Of a stretch of 64,000 nt of DNA, positions 1 to 9,994 are shown in pieces. Where the stretch lies: the NCBI GenBank assembly GCA_034520965.1, contig JAXHMY010000001.1, positions 192,001 to 256,000 of the forward strand, in the 5' to 3' direction. Within the stretch, counting starts at the first letter, position 1, and each line of letters opens with the position of its first letter. Origin of the DNA: Spirochaetia bacterium. Its GTDB lineage: Bacteria; Spirochaetota; Spirochaetia; DSM-16054; Sediminispirochaetaceae. The translations under genes were made by a program, and so were the position numbers. The notes below the pieces were generated by a model. That model was not told where the DNA came from. It made no database searches and was given only the letters and a program-made list of their open reading frames with translations.

Positions 1-222
1 CAGGGGCATACCGCTGCCGTAAATCGGGTCCCCCGGAGCAATACCCGTGGTACTCTCATATACCTGTATAGTAGCATGGGTTCCGGACAATTTGATTATC
101 TCGCCTACCAAACCGACATCTCCGACATGGATCAACTCCATCATCATTGCGTCGCTTATGTCGCGAGCCTCAATTACCGGCCCGTTTACCCTCTGTACTG
201 TTCCAACTACCCGTTCACTCAT
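1..222 (-). CDS. atpA: V/A-type ATP synthase subunit A, N-terminal part (runs off window start)
   Basis: Manual translation from ATG at 222: MSERVVGTVQRVNGPVIEARDISDAMMMELIHVGDVGLVGEIIKLSGTHATIQVYESTTGIAPGDPIYGSGMPL, with typical V-ATPase A N-terminal motifs (NGPVI, LVGEII, QVYE.T.G). Overlaps the subunit E stop. Confidence 0.92.
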   Translation of the reverse strand, partial: MSERVVGTVQRVNGPVIEARDISDAMMMELIHVGDVGLVGEIIKLSGTHATIQVYESTTGIAPGDPIYGSGMPL

Positions 223-862
223 CACTTGGCTCCATGCGTTGATAGATCATTCTACGTATCACTGTGGAATAGCGATCCAACCGTGCTTCGGCCGTATTGT
301 TGAAGGCCAAACGGCCTTCACGGGCGGTTAGAATAACACCCTGCTTCTGTAAAGGGGGCTGATCGGTCCGCTCGATTTTTACCGAGCGCCCCGTCATAGA
401 TTTCACCTCCGCCTCCGCCTCGCGCAACAGCCCGTCGGTAATCAACTCCAGTTCCTGCTCCGATGCGTTTACTTTCAGCGCATCCTCCGCAAGACCGATC
501 GCCCCTTCAACAATCCAGCCCTTCAAAATAGAACGGTAATCCGAGCGTTCGGTCAAAGCCTGCAGTTTCTCTTTGACCCGCCCCATTGCCTTGCTAAACA
601 ACTCCTCCTGGGCTTTCAGGAGGAGCTTACGCTGCTCGGCCTCAATGGCTTGGGCATTCTTCTTCAGAATCCCCTCGGCCTGTTTCCGGCCTTTCTCCTC
701 CGCATCCCGGCGGATAGACTCGGCCTTCTTCCGACCGCCCTCAACTATCTCCTTGGCTTGGCGCTCTGCATCCTCGCTAATCTTTTTTACTTCAGCCTCG
801 ACCTGCTCCGATATTCCAGATAGCAGAGAAGTATTCTGCGACTCTTTACTCTTTTCAGGCAT
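215..862 (-). CDS. atpE: V/A-type ATP synthase subunit E
   Basis: 215 aa, N-terminal coiled coil rich in E/K/A, C-terminal 'GVILTAREGRLAFNNTAEARL'; lies between F and A. Confidence 0.85.
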   Translation of the reverse strand: MPEKSKESQNTSLLSGISEQVEAEVKKISEDAERQAKEIVEGGRKKAESIRRDAEEKGRKQAEGILKKNAQAIEAEQRKLLLKAQEELFSKAMGRVKEKLQALTERSDYRSILKGWIVEGAIGLAEDALKVNASEQELELITDGLLREAEAEVKSMTGRSVKIERTDQPPLQKQGVILTAREGRLAFNNTAEARLDRYSTVIRRMIYQRMEPSDE

Positions 863-875
863 CTCTGCACCCCCG

Positions 876-1181
876 TTATAAATTAATCCCGATCGCCTGG
901 TTTACCATTTCCCGCAAAGTCGGTCTCCCCTCCAGCGGTCCCTGGCGATCCGGAATCTCTACGATCAGGGGAAAGGATTGGGAAAACACATAACGATCTA
1001 CTTGCCGGCGTATAAGCTCGGCGACCGGTTCGGTAATGATCACGATTCCCACCTGGCGGTCGTTCAAAGCCTCTTGAAGGGCAGATTGAGCTTCTTCGGC
1101 GTTTTCAGCCACCCGCCCCTCAACTCCGACCATACCAAAGCCGAGCACCGCATCATCTCCGCCGATCATAAAATACTTCAT
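876..1181 (-). CDS. atpF: V/A-type ATP synthase subunit F
   Basis: 101 aa, 'IGGDDAVLGFGMVGV...PLIVEIP...AIG' signature of subunit F. Confidence 0.92.
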   Translation of the reverse strand: MKYFMIGGDDAVLGFGMVGVEGRVAENAEEAQSALQEALNDRQVGIVIITEPVAELIRRQVDRYVFSQSFPLIVEIPDRQGPLEGRPTLREMVNQAIGINL

Positions 1182-1184
1182 GCC

Positions 1185-1559
1185 CTAGAATTTACCCAAT
1201 ATCATAAGCGCGGTGATAAAACCAAATACCACCAGCCCTTCTGCCAGCGCAATAAAAATCAAGGCCTGGCTGGCCAGTTCCGGCTTCTCACCGATAGTTC
1301 CCATCGCCGCCGAACCAACGTTGGCAATCGCAATACCGGCGCCAATAGCACCCATACCGAAGGCGATCGCCGCAGCGATCAAACCGAATTTCATTACCCC
1401 CGCCTCTTCAGCGCTTATCACCTTTTCCTGCTGAGCGGTCTCGGTTTCCTGGGCAAAGGTATTTGATGCAAACACCAAGCTGGCAAAGGCCATCACGATC
1501 AGCATAACAATCAAACTTATCCGCAGACGGGATACAAACCAGCGTTTTTCTTTTTCCAT
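1185..1559 (-). CDS. atpK: V/A-type ATP synthase subunit K (c-ring proteolipid), single hairpin with N-terminal signal-like extension
   Basis: Gly-rich helix 'GMGAIGAGIAIANVG', loop 'GEKPE', ion-binding Glu in 'IALAEGL'. Confidence 0.9.
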   Translation of the reverse strand: MEKEKRWFVSRLRISLIVMLIVMAFASLVFASNTFAQETETAQQEKVISAEEAGVMKFGLIAAAIAFGMGAIGAGIAIANVGSAAMGTIGEKPELASQALIFIALAEGLVVFGFITALMILGKF

Positions 1560-1584
1560 TTCAGTAACTCCTTATCGCTATTAA

Positions 1585-1644
1585 GAAAATAGCCGAATAC
1601 GGCTATTTTCGTCGTTTCGCTTGCCGCGAAGCGGCATGCGAAAC
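1585..1644. repeat. Two adjacent stem-loops in the atpI-atpK intergenic region
   Basis: gaaaatagccg-aata-cggctattttc (1585-1610, perfect 11-bp stem) and gtttcgcttgccgc-gaa-gcggcatgcgaaac (1614-1644, one mismatch). Confidence 0.8.
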
Positions 1645-1674
1645 TACATGTATATTTCTCATCCTCCCGCGTCC

Positions 1675-3894
1675 TTACTCCGAACGCAGAGAAATGGGAG
1701 CATACGCTCTTCCGTTGCCGGCAAAGTATTTTGAGAAAAACTCATAATAGTTCAACCTGAGAGACTGGATGCCGGCCGACAGCCCCTCTAATCCAATTAC
1801 CAATGCATTTCCCAGCAGCAAAATTAAATAGGACCACACCGTAAAATTCCCGTTGGAGGCGGCCATCTCCGCAATCTGAAAGAAGGCCATCATTAAACTT
1901 ACGTGGGCAATTCCGAGACCGGCGACACGCATAAAGGAGAGGGTGTTCGATAAATAGCCGGAGAAGATCTCCAACAGCTCAACCAGCCACTCCATAATCA
2001 TATCCAGCACATTCACCGAATGACGCTGATCCGGCGGCAGCCTTCGATTGTGTCGGGCATGCTCCAGTACCGGCTTCGCAGCCAATAAGAGTACAGGAAG
2101 ACCTAAAAAGACCAGCAATACCGGTCCCTCCGGCAGTTCCTTATAGTCATGCCCGGCAAAGTAAAAGGCAGTATACGTCCCGGCGGCATATATCCAGCCG
2201 ACCAACAGGCCTCCATTGCCCCACACCAGTCCAAACCAGTCACGCCTGCGGATGCGGTTCACCCAGTTTATGAGCAATCCGGTGGCAATCACCGCAATAC
2301 CAAAAAAAATCGTCAGAAGCAGAATATCGGACATCGTTTTTACGCTGCCCGCCCCGCCTTCATGGCCGGCCACAATCCCGTGATAATCAAACCACAACGG
2401 CGGCAGCAGAGAGGTTCCGAAGTAGGAGCCGAACAAAGCCCCGCTGACAATTGCCGCAGCCCCGCAGTAACTGATCAGGGGATAGATCATGGTCTTTTTC
2501 CCCCGTTTACGCGACCTCCGGTCGCCGATTAATCCAACCAGCAGGACCACCGCACCGTGGCCCACATCGCCAAACATCAGAGCAAACATCGCCAGGTAAA
2601 ACACCGCAACCATTGGAGTCGGATCAATCGACCCGTAGGTGGGTATTCCGTAATTTTCTACCAGCGACTGAAAAGGCCGCAGGGCCTCAGGATTTTTCAT
2701 CTGCACCGGCACCTGTTTCGGTACCTCCGGGTCGCCCCCCTTATGGGGGGTATGCCACTCCAGATAACAGCGTCCCTCGGTGGCCTCCATCAGAGTTTTG
2801 GTCACCTCTTCTTTCTTTTCAGCCGGCAGCCAGCCGGAAAATAGATAGGTTCTTTCGGTTTTACGGTAGTAGCCTTGAATCGTGCGCAGCAGCTCGCGCA
2901 TGCGCAGTCCGGTCCACAGCCGTTCGAGGGTTTCCGAGCGGTCCTCTACGGTCCGGCTCAAGCCCTCGTGCAGTTCCTGCTGCTTATAGCGCAGCGATTC
3001 GAGTTTTGCATCTAACTCCTCTACCGGCAGGCGTGTTTTGCCTTGCCCGTCCCCGGAGTCCTCCTGGTACTGACGCTCTTCCCAGCCGTACTTCTCCAGC
3101 AGCCCCTCTACCCGGCTGTTGTCGCGCTTAAGGGTAATGAGGAAATCGATCGGCTCGCCACCTCCGGCAGAACTCGACTCGAAGCTGCGCCTTCCGCAGC
3201 TGCGCTCCCCTGCTCAGGCAGATACACCGAAGGAAGCTTAGCAATTTCTTTTTCGAAGGCTGCCCGGTTTTCCTTGGGCAGGACACCGGTGTGCACCGTA
3301 ATGTAGGCATGGGAACCCTTGGCCAAAACCGGGCCGCCGGCACCGGCACCACTCCTGCCTCCAGCCCTATCTTTAACTCCATCCTTTGCTCCAGCTCGGC
3401 CGCTACTCCCGGACCCGCTCCGGCCCGCGGAACGTCCACCCTCATCCGGCATCTGCCGGCGCAGCTCCTGAAGACGCAGAATCTCCTCCTGCACCTCCTT
3501 CTGTTTATCCCGGATCTTACGGAATTCGCCGCCGAGTTTATCTATCTCCCGCTCAGCCTCGGACAGATCCAGCGGCTCCTGGCCCTGCTCTTGGCCGGAC
3601 TCACTTTCCTTTCCGGCCGCCGACTGCCGCTGCCGGCTTTTCTTCATTCACCTTCGGCTGCGGGGTAAAGCCCACCGTCCGAAAGTAGGCATCCAGACGC
3701 AGCCGCAGTTCGCGGGCCTTTTCCCTGTCATCCACCGCCGGAACACGCTCCAATCGCGAAGTCCAGTCGGCGGGAATCTCGCGCACATCGATAAAATCGA
3801 TCACCCCCACCCTCAGCAGGGCTTCGGTGGCCGCTTCCATGTCGCTCTTCAGAACCGCAGCAACTAACTGCTGCATTGAAGTAGTAGTTATCAT
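1675..3894 (-). CDS. atpI: V/A-type ATP synthase subunit I (a), interrupted by two apparent frameshifts (~3620-3650 and ~3160-3200)
   Basis: Pieces: MITTTSMQQLVAAVL... from 3894 (ATGA overlap with subunit C); middle ORF 3108-3647; then GGEPIDFLITLKRD... in frame with 1675-2961, which carries 'YGIPTYGSIDPT', 'MFGDVGHG', 'SNTLSFMRV', 'LRLNYYEFFSKYF'. Confidence 0.88.
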
Positions 3895-4955
3895 AACAGT
3901 TCCCGTATCCCCTCTTCGGAGAGGCCATAGTATTTTGCGTTGATAATACTGACCAGCTGCGAAATCTCTTTCCGTTTGAGAAACACATACGCCAGTATTG
4001 TTCCGATAGTAAAGGGGTACCCCCACAACAGACGCCGTACCTCATCGCTCAGAATCCGGCGCAGCAGGTTCTCAACCAGGCGCAATCGTTCGTAGGGATT
4101 GCTCTTATGCTCACTGGTAAAGCTTTTATAGCTGGAGTAGTGCTGAGTCAAAAGTATATTCAGGGCCTCCTCAGGGCCCTTCTGTCGAAAGGCTTCACGG
4201 AGCACATCAAACCCTATACTTCCCCCCGGCAGAAACACATTCCACGAGTGCCGTTTTTCCTTCCCGTAAAAGGAGACAAAGCGCACAATCCGGTCAATAT
4301 TCTCCAGATCAACCTCGACCTGAATCACCCGCTCGGCCACCCGCCTGTCCTGCTTCGAAAGTTGTGCGGTCTTATTCATAAGGGTGGTATAAAACAGGCT
4401 GTCCAGCTCCAGCTCAACGTAGAAGATCTGATGTTCGTTTTCGATACGGTCCAGATTGCGACTGAGAACCGCCTCGTAGGGGCTCCCGGCAACTGCATCC
4501 ACCAGCTTGCCCGAATCAGCGGCATTCAGAATACCGTCGATGTCAATGGAGTGAACTAAACGGCCGTGATACAGGTAGGAGGAAGGTTCGGTTTCCCTCC
4601 GGCCTCTGATGTTACGGTCGAACCAAAACCGCAGGGCGTTCTTCACCGTATCAACCTCGTACCGTAAAAGAAGGGCCTCCACAAAATCGGCGGAGGGTCC
4701 CTGCAGATACTGCAGCAGCTCCCGCACCGTCTCAATCTCGTGGCTATACAGGGCAAACTCCACCGCCCGCAGATCCCCGGTGGCCGCATACTGCTCTAGG
4801 TCCTTGGCGTACAGCGTCGACCCCAAAGCCGTCACTACCTCTTCAATACTGCTGCTTTTCATCAAATTGGAGAAATCGCGGTCCGAGAGCAACTGCCCAA
4901 GCCGGGAACGAATCTTCGCGTTTATAAAACCGTACGTTTTTAACTGTCCGGCCAC
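3891..4955 (-). CDS. atpC: V/A-type ATP synthase subunit C (V0D/AC39 family)
   Basis: 354 aa, 'YGFINAKIRS...LLS', C-terminal 'ILAYVFLKRKEISQL..IINAKYYGL..E.IRELL'. Confidence 0.9.
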   Translation of the reverse strand: MAGQLKTYGFINAKIRSRLGQLLSDRDFSNLMKSSSIEEVVTALGSTLYAKDLEQYAATGDLRAVEFALYSHEIETVRELLQYLQGPSADFVEALLLRYEVDTVKNALRFWFDRNIRGRRETEPSSYLYHGRLVHSIDIDGILNAADSGKLVDAVAGSPYEAVLSRNLDRIENEHQIFYVELELDSLFYTTLMNKTAQLSKQDRRVAERVIQVEVDLENIDRIVRFVSFYGKEKRHSWNVFLPGGSIGFDVLREAFRQKGPEEALNILLTQHYSSYKSFTSEHKSNPYERLRLVENLLRRILSDEVRRLLWGYPFTIGTILAYVFLKRKEISQLVSIINAKYYGLSEEGIRELL

Positions 4956-4998
4956 AATTTACCCCTCTTTGCCCTCTATCCTTATCCTCAATCCGTGT

Positions 4999-5328
4999 CT
5001 ATTCCTCGCGCTGATACGCAGGGATAGTCAGATATTCCACAACCTCATCGGCAATAGCCTCAATACGCTCAGCCTTCTCGCGCTGCAGCTCCGCGGCCTC
5101 TTCCTGGGCCTTCTTCCGGGCCGCCTGAAATTCTTGTTGAGCCTTCTGCTGCGCCTCGCTCTGCATTTCGCGGATCCGCTCCTGTGCCTCGCGCCGTGCG
5201 TCCTCTACTATTTTCGAGCTCTCTTCCTCTGCCCTTTGGGTTTTTTCGGAAGCCTCCTCACGCGCATTCCTGACCGCCTCCCGGGCGCGCTCCTCTTCCT
5301 TCAGTACATTATCCACCGTCTCTTGCAT
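4999..5328 (-). CDS. V/A-type ATP synthase subunit G/H (peripheral stalk)
   Basis: Coiled-coil MQETVDNVLKEEERAREA... starting at ATG 5328; first gene of the operon. Confidence 0.75.
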   Translation of the reverse strand: MQETVDNVLKEEERAREAVRNAREEASEKTQRAEEESSKIVEDARREAQERIREMQSEAQQKAQQEFQAARKKAQEEAAELQREKAERIEAIADEVVEYLTIPAYQREE

Positions 5329-5600
5329 AGCTACATTTATACCACACAGTGCAATAAGCGAAAAGAGGAGGGAAATAATATTATAAAAATGCAATCCCCC
5401 AGTCCCCCCTCCCGTGTCCAACCCCTGCAGCAACGGCCTCAGCGCAGCGGAATAAGAATCCCGGTCGGCGTGGGAAGAACGAAGTTTTCAGACAAAATCG
5501 GTATTAATTATCCATAAGAAAGCTGCAGTCAGCCGCCCGTGTTCGATACAGGAGGGAAACAAGAACGATCATATAAAAAGCGTACTTGCACTCAACCCTT

Positions 5601-6363
5601 TCAACTTTTCATTTGAATCTGCACCTCAGTGATATATTTCTCTGCATCCCGCTCGACAAACTGATCGATGATGTTGAAATTGATCTTTCGCTTTTCCAGC
5701 GAGATACCTCGATCCATCGCCTCGGCATAGAGCCGTGCAAAAGTCTTTTCAATCTGCTCATAGGGCCCAAGTGATAACCGCAGAAAAATTGCCGCTATCT
5801 ATGTTTTTTACCTGAACCCCTTCTCGCTCGATCGCTTCCTCTTCCCGAAGGTCCGGCAGAAAGGCCCCAAAGCTTTTTTCGCCATTTTCATAGAAAACGA
5901 CGGTTGGGTAGTAGTAGAAGTAGTCGGTGCCGTAGAGTATATCCTCTGATCCTATCGGGAGGTAATAACGGGTGGAAAACTGCTTTATGCACACATGGCT
6001 TGTGTCTATGCTCTCCATCTTTTCCTCGATGAAGCAGATCTTCCGCTGAATAACCTCGTCAATTCTTCGAAGTCGGTCCCACTCCTTGCGGATAACGGAT
6101 GACTGTTTTTTCAGCTGGTCAAGGGTGTAATGAATGTCCCGGGTATCCATGTACGATTGGATCTGCTCAAGCGAGTATCCCAGGTTTTTCAGATACCTGA
6201 TTGTGGCGAGCTTGTAAATCTGATCAAACTTGTATAGTCGGTAGCCGCTTTTTGCCTCACGACAGTAAGGCTTGAAGAGCCCCATCCTGTCATAATAATG
6301 AAGGGTCTGTACGTTCATATTAAAGAGTTCACTTATTTCACCAACACTGAGAACGTCTTTCAT
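5601..6363 (-). CDS. MerR-family transcriptional regulator with C-terminal GyrI-like effector domain (frameshift in A5 run near 5785)
   Basis: HTH 'LSVGEISELFNMNVQTLHYYDRMGLFKP...SGYRLY'. After the shift it continues 'LCGYHLGPYEQIEKTFARL...INFNIIDQFVERDAEKYITEVQIQMKS*' to TGA at 5601. Confidence 0.85.
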
Positions 6364-6370
6364 TCAGTTG

Positions 6371-7312
6371 TTACCTTTTGCTCCTTATGTAGGGTATACC
6401 TAATGCAGAAGGCTCCCGGCTTTTACCCACGGCAAGAAAGAGTACTACCACCGTGATAACATATGGAAACATAGTAAAGAGTTGTGATGGTACAGGGATG
6501 CCGGAAGTTTGCATCCTGAACTGCAATGCCTCGGCCGCCCCAACGACGAGGGCAGCAAGCAGAATCCCCGGAGGATTCCGCCGCCCGAGGATAACCACCA
6601 CCAGGGCGATATACCCCTTCCCCGAGGTAATATTCTCCATAAAGAACCCAAGCAGGCCAAGGGTCAGATAGCTACCTGCCAAGCCCCCAAAAAATCCGTT
6701 TGCAATGGTTGAAAGGTAGCGAATACGGAACACATTAAGGCCTGCGCTGTCGGCTGCCTTAGGCTTTTCACCTACAGCGTGTAGATTAATACCCCACTCC
6801 GTTCGATTAATAAAAAACCAGGCGAAAAAAATTGCTACAAAGGTAAAATATACGAAAAGGTCTTGATTAAATAGTACAGGCCCTATGAGGGGAATATGCG
6901 ATAGGACCGGAATGGGAATCTTAGGAGAAACCGGGCATTCGGGCAGCGTCGTTGTCTTACCGAAAACAATAAGAAAAAGGAAGCTCGTAAGTCCCATAAT
7001 GAAAAAATTGAGTGCGAGTCCTGCTATTGTCTGGTTCACTTTGCAGTGGATACTAAGATAGGCATGGATACTACTTACCGCGATCCCGCCGGCAATGCCT
7101 GCACACACGCCAAGCAAGACGCTTTGCGTCATAAAAGCTATGATAAAGCTGAAAAAAGCTCCTGAAAGCATAATGGCCTCGAGGCCGATATTTAGTATAC
7201 CGCTTTTCTCTGAGAAGGTTTCACCTAACCCCGCTAAGGTTAGAGGCATAGCCATCCGCAATGTTGCAGAGAGGAAGGCTGTGAGGGTAGCAATCAGTCC
7301 TGTTTCTATCAT
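6371..7312 (-). CDS. Nucleoside/purine-type (CUT2) ABC transporter permease 2
   Basis: 'LAGLGETFSEKSGILNIGLE', 'AVGEKPKAADSAGLNV', 'GKGYIAL', 'PSALGIPY'. Confidence 0.88.
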   Translation of the reverse strand: MIETGLIATLTAFLSATLRMAMPLTLAGLGETFSEKSGILNIGLEAIMLSGAFFSFIIAFMTQSVLLGVCAGIAGGIAVSSIHAYLSIHCKVNQTIAGLALNFFIMGLTSFLFLIVFGKTTTLPECPVSPKIPIPVLSHIPLIGPVLFNQDLFVYFTFVAIFFAWFFINRTEWGINLHAVGEKPKAADSAGLNVFRIRYLSTIANGFFGGLAGSYLTLGLLGFFMENITSGKGYIALVVVILGRRNPPGILLAALVVGAAEALQFRMQTSGIPVPSQLFTMFPYVITVVVLFLAVGKSREPSALGIPYIRSKR

Positions 7313-8346
7313 ACCTTTTTTTCCTTTCGGCTTTCTGCAGAAAATGTAAATAACGACCTTCTCGAGAGGATCAGCAGAACTATCGACCCCATGATAATCC
7401 AGGAAATGGAGGCGGGAACTCCGGCCTGGCGCTGCATACTAAGCGAACCCACCTGCAGGGCTGCTATACCAAGTCCCGCTGCCATTACGCCGAAGGGATT
7501 GTTCTTCCCAAGCAGCGCTACTATGATAGCAACATACCCGAAGCCCGGAGAGAAACCCTCTAGCAATTTATTGTGGATTCCTGCAATCTCTCCTACCCCG
7601 GCGATCCCTGCAAGTCCACCGCTAAGCAAAGATGATAAAACAATGTACTTCCGCACGGGTATTCCCGAGCATAGGGAAGCCCTTTGATTCAGCCCCACAA
7701 CCCTTAGCTTATAACCAGGGGCTGATTTCCACATCAGCACATAGACCAGCACCATAGCTATGACTGCTATGAGAAAACCGAGGTGTAGGCGCGTGGGATA
7801 CATGAGCATAGGAAAAATGTATCCATCCGGGAGCTGAGGCGACATCGGGAGTGGATATTCCGGGTCTTTTAACACTGAGCGTACAAGTATACCCAGGATG
7901 TTGATAGCGATGTAGTTGAACATGATGGTATTGATGACCTCTGAGATACCGAACCTGGCCTTCAAATAACCTGGAATAAGGGCCCATACCCCGCCGGCAA
8001 TGAATCCCGCTGTAATTCCCAAGAGAATAGCGAACACAGAGGGAAGACCGGGAAGGAGAAAGGCAATTGTTGTGACAGCAATAGCCCCTAAATAGATCTG
8101 CCCTTCAGCACCGATATTGATAAAACCGGTCTTGAAGCCAATAGAAACTCCGAGACCAGCCATAACCAGCGGGGTTGCCCGTACCAGCACCTCTGAGAAG
8201 CCGTACAATGATCCAAATATACCTCTGAAAAAACTCACAAATGATTCTTGTACATCGCTTCCGACAGATAGAATGAGTACTACCGACAACGCCAAGATAA
8301 TAACTATAATCAAGATGTATGAAAGTGCTGATTTCAACCGCTCCAC
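7309..8346 (-). CDS. Nucleoside/purine-type (CUT2) ABC transporter permease 1
   Basis: 'NIGAEGQIYLG', 'LKARFGISEVINTIMFNY', 'GFGYVAIIVALLG'. Confidence 0.88.
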   Translation of the reverse strand: MERLKSALSYILIIVIILALSVVLILSVGSDVQESFVSFFRGIFGSLYGFSEVLVRATPLVMAGLGVSIGFKTGFINIGAEGQIYLGAIAVTTIAFLLPGLPSVFAILLGITAGFIAGGVWALIPGYLKARFGISEVINTIMFNYIAINILGILVRSVLKDPEYPLPMSPQLPDGYIFPMLMYPTRLHLGFLIAVIAMVLVYVLMWKSAPGYKLRVVGLNQRASLCSGIPVRKYIVLSSLLSGGLAGIAGVGEIAGIHNKLLEGFSPGFGYVAIIVALLGKNNPFGVMAAGLGIAALQVGSLSMQRQAGVPASISWIIMGSIVLLILSRRSLFTFSAESRKEKKV

Positions 8347-9893
8347 TACTCTACCCGCCTTTCAGAACTACTCCCTGCTGACTCGCCGGCCATCAGACGT
8401 CCAAGGTAGTTTACGTCCACATTTCCATCGTTTTCAAGCACCGCCATTAGTCTCCCGTGGAACAACACAGCTATCCGGTCACTCAGCGAGAATATCTCGT
8501 CTAAATCGGCAGAAATAAGGAGAATACTGCTTCCAGAGGCCCTCCGCTCAAGGAGTTTCTGTCGCACAAACTCAGTGGCACCGATATCGAGCCCGCGTGT
8601 AGGGTGGAATGCTACAATCACCGGGGGAGATCCCGAGAGCTCACGGGCAAGGATCAGTTTCTGCTGGTTTCCTCCCGAGAGGTAGCGGACCGGTTTACCG
8701 GGCCCTGCAGTTTTTATGTTATAAGTGTCGATCATCTCTTTCGTGGCTTCATGTATACTCGCATATTTAATAAAACCTGATCTGACATACTCCCGCTTAG
8801 AATACATCCGAAGGAGCACATTTTCCCGCATGTCCATATCCATGATCAGTGCATCGTTCTGCCGGTCCTCGGCAATATACCCAAGTCCTAGGTCCTTCCT
8901 CTGCTGAATACTCGCCGAACTCACGTCCTTACCGAGGAGCCTGACTTTACCGGCGGAGCAATCCCTCACTCCCAGCACCACCTCGGCAAGATGCTTCTGC
9001 CCATTGCCGTCAACCCCCGCAATGCCGATCATCTCTCCTTTCCGGATGCTGAGGGAAAGCGGCCCCAGAACAGCTCTTCCATTCTCCTCTACCGCTAGTT
9101 CATCGAGACCTAAGCCCTCATCTTGAGGGGACACAACGTGAGGTGTCCGACTGATAGTCTTAAGTTCTCTCCCAATCATGTAGTGAGAAAGCTCAACGCT
9201 GTCCGTATCGGCGGTTTTTATAGTAGCTACGTTTCGTCCGTCCCTGAGAATTGTTACCCGGTCCGTAATTGCCAACACTTCTGGAATACGATGGGTAATG
9301 ATGATTACCGAATGACCTTCCTGCCGGAGCTTTTTCAGCACATCAAAGAAACGCTCGGTCTCTTGAGGTGTGAGAACTGCTGTTGGTTCATCAAGGATAA
9401 GAAGCTCAGCATTTCTATACAGAAGTTTGATAATTTCTACCCACTGTTCCCCACCGACAGAAAGAGAAGAGACTTTATCAGTAGGTGAGATGTTTACACC
9501 ATAGGTTCTGAGAATCTCGCAAATCTTCTCGTCTATGCTCCTACGGTTGGGAAAGGGATGCCCTTCGGACTTTAGACCGAGGGTTATATTCTGTGATACA
9601 GTGAGGGTCGGAACGAGCATGAAATGTTGGTGTACCATACCTATGCGATTATCAATAGCCTCACGGGGCGACTCAAAATGGACATCCTCCCCCTTCCAGG
9701 TGATTGTCCCGGCGTCCCGCTGATAGATTCCGTATAGGATATTCATAAGAGTTGTCTTTCCGGCGCCGTTCTCTCCTAAAAGGGCGTGAATTTCTCCCCG
9801 CTTCACCTCAAGTGAAACTTTGTCATTCGCCGCTTTTCCAAAAAAATACTTATCAATATCCTCCATCAAAAGGGTGCTGTCGGTACTCACCAT
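8346..9893 (-). CDS. CUT2 ABC transporter ATP-binding protein (two NBDs)
   Basis: Walker A 'GENGAGKT', 'IGMVHQHFMLV', 'LSGGNQQK', 'PTRGLDIGA'. Confidence 0.92.
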   Translation of the reverse strand: MVSTDSTLLMEDIDKYFFGKAANDKVSLEVKRGEIHALLGENGAGKTTLMNILYGIYQRDAGTITWKGEDVHFESPREAIDNRIGMVHQHFMLVPTLTVSQNITLGLKSEGHPFPNRRSIDEKICEILRTYGVNISPTDKVSSLSVGGEQWVEIIKLLYRNAELLILDEPTAVLTPQETERFFDVLKKLRQEGHSVIIITHRIPEVLAITDRVTILRDGRNVATIKTADTDSVELSHYMIGRELKTISRTPHVVSPQDEGLGLDELAVEENGRAVLGPLSLSIRKGEMIGIAGVDGNGQKHLAEVVLGVRDCSAGKVRLLGKDVSSASIQQRKDLGLGYIAEDRQNDALIMDMDMRENVLLRMYSKREYVRSGFIKYASIHEATKEMIDTYNIKTAGPGKPVRYLSGGNQQKLILARELSGSPPVIVAFHPTRGLDIGATEFVRQKLLERRASGSSILLISADLDEIFSLSDRIAVLFHGRLMAVLENDGNVDVNYLGRLMAGESAGSSSERRVE

Positions 9894-9929
9894 TCCTCCC
9901 GTCTTTTATTCTCGTTCATTCACAGAGAA

Positions 9930-9975
9930 GGTTTCCCGGTCAGTTGTAATGGTTGGAATACTCGACCGGGAAACC
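9930..9975 (-). promoter_or_regulatory. Intercistronic stem-loop downstream of the binding-protein gene (partial terminator or mRNA stabiliser)
   Basis: ggtttcccggtc (9930-9941) pairs with gaccgggaaacc (9964-9975), a perfect 12-bp stem. Confidence 0.6.
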
Positions 9976-9994
9976 GTTTTTTATGACAAAAACC

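Noticed and set aside
4609..5517. 302-aa plus-strand ORF
   Set aside because: Antisense shadow of V-ATPase subunits C and G, with no recognisable motif.
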